This document shows, in pieces, positions 31,034 through 33,516 of a DNA stretch of 33,516 nt. Position 1 is the stretch's first letter. Every line of letters begins with the position of its first letter. The position numbers were made by a program, and so were the translations under genes. The stretch covers positions 32,929,834 through 32,963,349 of the forward strand of contig NC_068997.1 in assembly GCF_001194135.2 (NCBI RefSeq). Direction: 5' to 3'. Source of the DNA: Octopus bimaculoides (lineage: Eukaryota). The notes beneath the pieces are model-generated. The model did no database searches. It was given only the letters and a program-made list of their open reading frames with translations, and was not told the DNA's origin.

Positions 31034-31254
31034 AAATATATTCTTTTCTACTCTAGGCACAAGGCCTGGAATTTTGGGGGAGTAGGCCAGTCGATGAGAT
31101 CTACCCCAGTACGCAACTGGTGCTTAATTTATCGACCCCGAAAGGATGAAATGCAAAGTCGACCTCGGCGGAATTTGAACTCAGAACGCAACGGCAGACA
31201 CAATACCGCTAAGCATTTCGCCCGGCCTGCTAACGTTTCTGGCTGCTCGCCACC
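31034..31254 (-). mobile_element. SINE family B, full length
   Basis: GGTGGCGAGCAGCCAGAAACGTTAG head, GAGTTCAAATTCCGCCGAGGTCGACTTTGC core, GTGCCTAGAGTAGAAAAGAATAT tail on the minus strand. Confidence 0.9.
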
Positions 31255-31529
31255 TTCAAAAGCCCAAATATATTGCAAAAGAGAAAAGGAAATAAATTCA
31301 AAATGCTCAAACCTTGTAAATTCCCTTTATACATCACGTGATATCTCATTCGATGTTTAACGAAAAGAATGCTATCGTGCATGACAAAATAGGTGAATTG
31401 TTCTCATACGAAATGATAAGAAAGACGAAGCAAGAATCTACAGGTTTGTCACCTGTTTATCACTAATGTGGAAATAAGGTTCATAGATCAGATACAGACT
31501 TTCAACAGATTAAAACATTACCTAATACA

Positions 31530-33516
31530 GGCAAGTGAGTAACAGCCAATAGGTTGATTTGTCAGTATTTGCTTCACTCTACAAGCCATATACAAGCCAT
31601 ATATGACAAATCTGTCCCATTGTGCAAGGCGAACATACACAGAAACAGAATCCCAAGAGAAAGGAAGTTTCTTATGAGACGACGGATTGCGAACCGCCTG
31701 AGCAATCATCCCAAAAGTGGCGAGAAGTCTCGTCTGGAGAGAGTGCTATTGGAGATTGAGAAATGTCTGCATCAGTCTCATGAAAAGGAGAGAGAAAATA
31801 AAGAAGCTTGGGCTATAGAAAATATCAAGTCAAACTCTCAAGCTTTCTTTAAGTTTGCCAAAGAAACAGCCACAATACGCCACAAGATAGGTCCCCTCTT
31901 CCAAAAAGATGGCTCCCTCATAGGAAACCCTATGAGGGTAAGTGAAATATTGAACGAACAAACTGAAAAACTGAAGGAAGGGATAATATGCCCCATCCAT
32001 AAGGGAGGAAGCAGAGCAGATGCTAAAAATTATAGGCCTGTATCTCTGACCTCATACATCAGCAAAGTCATGGAACGAATAGCTCGCAAGAAACTAATCA
32101 CGTTCCTAGAAGAAAATGACTCGCTGACTGACACCCAGCTTGGATTTCGTCCAGATAGAAGCTGTCTAACACAGCTCCTGCAACACTACGACTGGGTGTT
32201 AAAACATCTGTTGAATGACTTAAGCGTGGATGTGATATATCTCGATTTTGCAAAAGCCTTTGATAAAGTTGACCATGGTACGGATATGTCACAAACTGCA
32301 CGATCTCGGCATAAGGGGAAAACTTGGAGAATGGCTGCACAACATTCTAAAGGATAGACGTCATACAGTAGTGGCCAATGGAACCACCTCCAAGGAAACA
32401 CAAATAGCAAGTGGTATTCCACAGAGCACTGTCTTGGGGTCTCTGCTATTCATAGTGGCCCTCTCAGACATACCCTCGGCTGCTCAGATAGCCACCCTTG
32501 CTAGCTATGCAGATGACACAAAAGTCTCTCAGACAATACAAAATCCTGGAAATATTGCACATCTGCAACGGGAGTTGGACGCAATATACAGGTGGGTTGA
32601 GGACAACAACATGCAGTTTATTGCAGGAAAATTCCAGGCCCTACGCTCCCAGCACACAAAGCTAAACGACATGCAGACAGGATATATTGGCCCAGGAGGA
32701 ATTGAAATCCACGAATCAAAATTAGTGCGTGACCTGAGCATTGAAATGAGCAATGATGCATCTTTCCAAGTGCATATTACCAATTTGGTAATAAAATGCA
32801 GACGGCTGGCTGGCTGGGTGGATCTTCCGAACTTTCAAAACAAGAGAAAAGGAGACATTGATGATCCTTTGGAGGACATAGCTCTCAACCGCTTAGATTA
32901 CTGCTCCCAACTTTGGTCGCCACACAATATAAAATCCACGGTGGAACTCGAGGCTATCCAACGATGCTACACTAGGAAAATCGTCTCGATGCAACGTATC
33001 AGCTACCGTGAAAGACTGAAAGAATTAAATCTCTTCTCCGTGGAATGAAGGCGGGAGAGATATGCAGTGATGTATATCTGGAAAATCCTAGAAGGCCTTG
33101 TACCAAGCTTTGGTATTGAAAGTTACTCAAACTGCAGAACCGGACGCTGCTGCATAGTGCCAAAGATCCCAGCATCGCCAACAAAATACAGGACCAGATA
33201 CTGCGACAGCTTGGACTTCAAGAGCCCGCAGCTCTTTAATATCCTTCCAAAATGCCTGAGAGACCTGCATGGTGTGGATGTAAGTGTCTTTAAAAGAAAA
33301 CTAGATCGCTTCCTGTCAAGGGTTCCTGACGAGCCTGTCTCATGGCAGGAAACACAGACGAGGGCAGCAGCATCAAACTCCCTCATCGACCAAAGGCCAC
33401 ATATCAGAAGAGGTTCCAAATAATGCTGTAGCTCAGTCAACGGTGGTGCTCCAGCATGACCGCAGGTTTGCAGCTGAAATATTTTTTAAATAGTTTTAAA
33501 TAGTTTATATGTATGC
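31530..33516 (+). mobile_element. CR1-group (CR1/L2/Crack-like) LINE, 5'-truncated ORF2 with RT and 3' end; internal deletion near 31960, frameshifts
   Basis: ICPIHKGGSRADAKNYRPVSLTS; QLGFR..RSCLTQL; VDVIYLDFAKAFDKVDH; SGIPQSTVLGSLLF; YADDTK; LDYCSQLWSP; ORF stop 33423, short 3' UTR and TTTAAATAG tail repeats. Confidence 0.92.

Noticed and set aside
5300-31254. tRNA-like A/B boxes at SINE heads
   Set aside because: No cloverleaf or acceptor stem; these are SINE promoters, not tRNA genes.

Overview
AT-rich, microsatellite-saturated animal genomic DNA, inferred to be octopod cephalopod from the two tRNA-headed SINE families and overall repeat landscape. About 3.3 kb is N in 9 gaps. No intact protein-coding gene can be supported; there is one candidate host exon (minus strand, 11740-11880, possibly extending to 12099). 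Interpretable content is transposon debris: a Helitron 3' half with a decayed PIF1-type helicase plus an internally deleted duplicate, a deleted Tc1/mariner element, R4/Dong-like, L1/Tx1-like and CR1-group LINE fragments, about 21 SINE copies, a piggyBac-type MITE and a hAT end. The unexpected signal, found by folding sequences by eye, is eight type I hammerhead ribozyme motifs plus one half copy. They belong to about seven unrelated sequence families, all have a palindromic or near-palindromic minimal stem III (Penelope/retrozyme-type dimer architecture), three have unusually long or branched stem II, and two sit in large fold-back loci. All calls are manual; no database search or folding program was run, and approximate repeat boundaries may be off by 10-20 bp.
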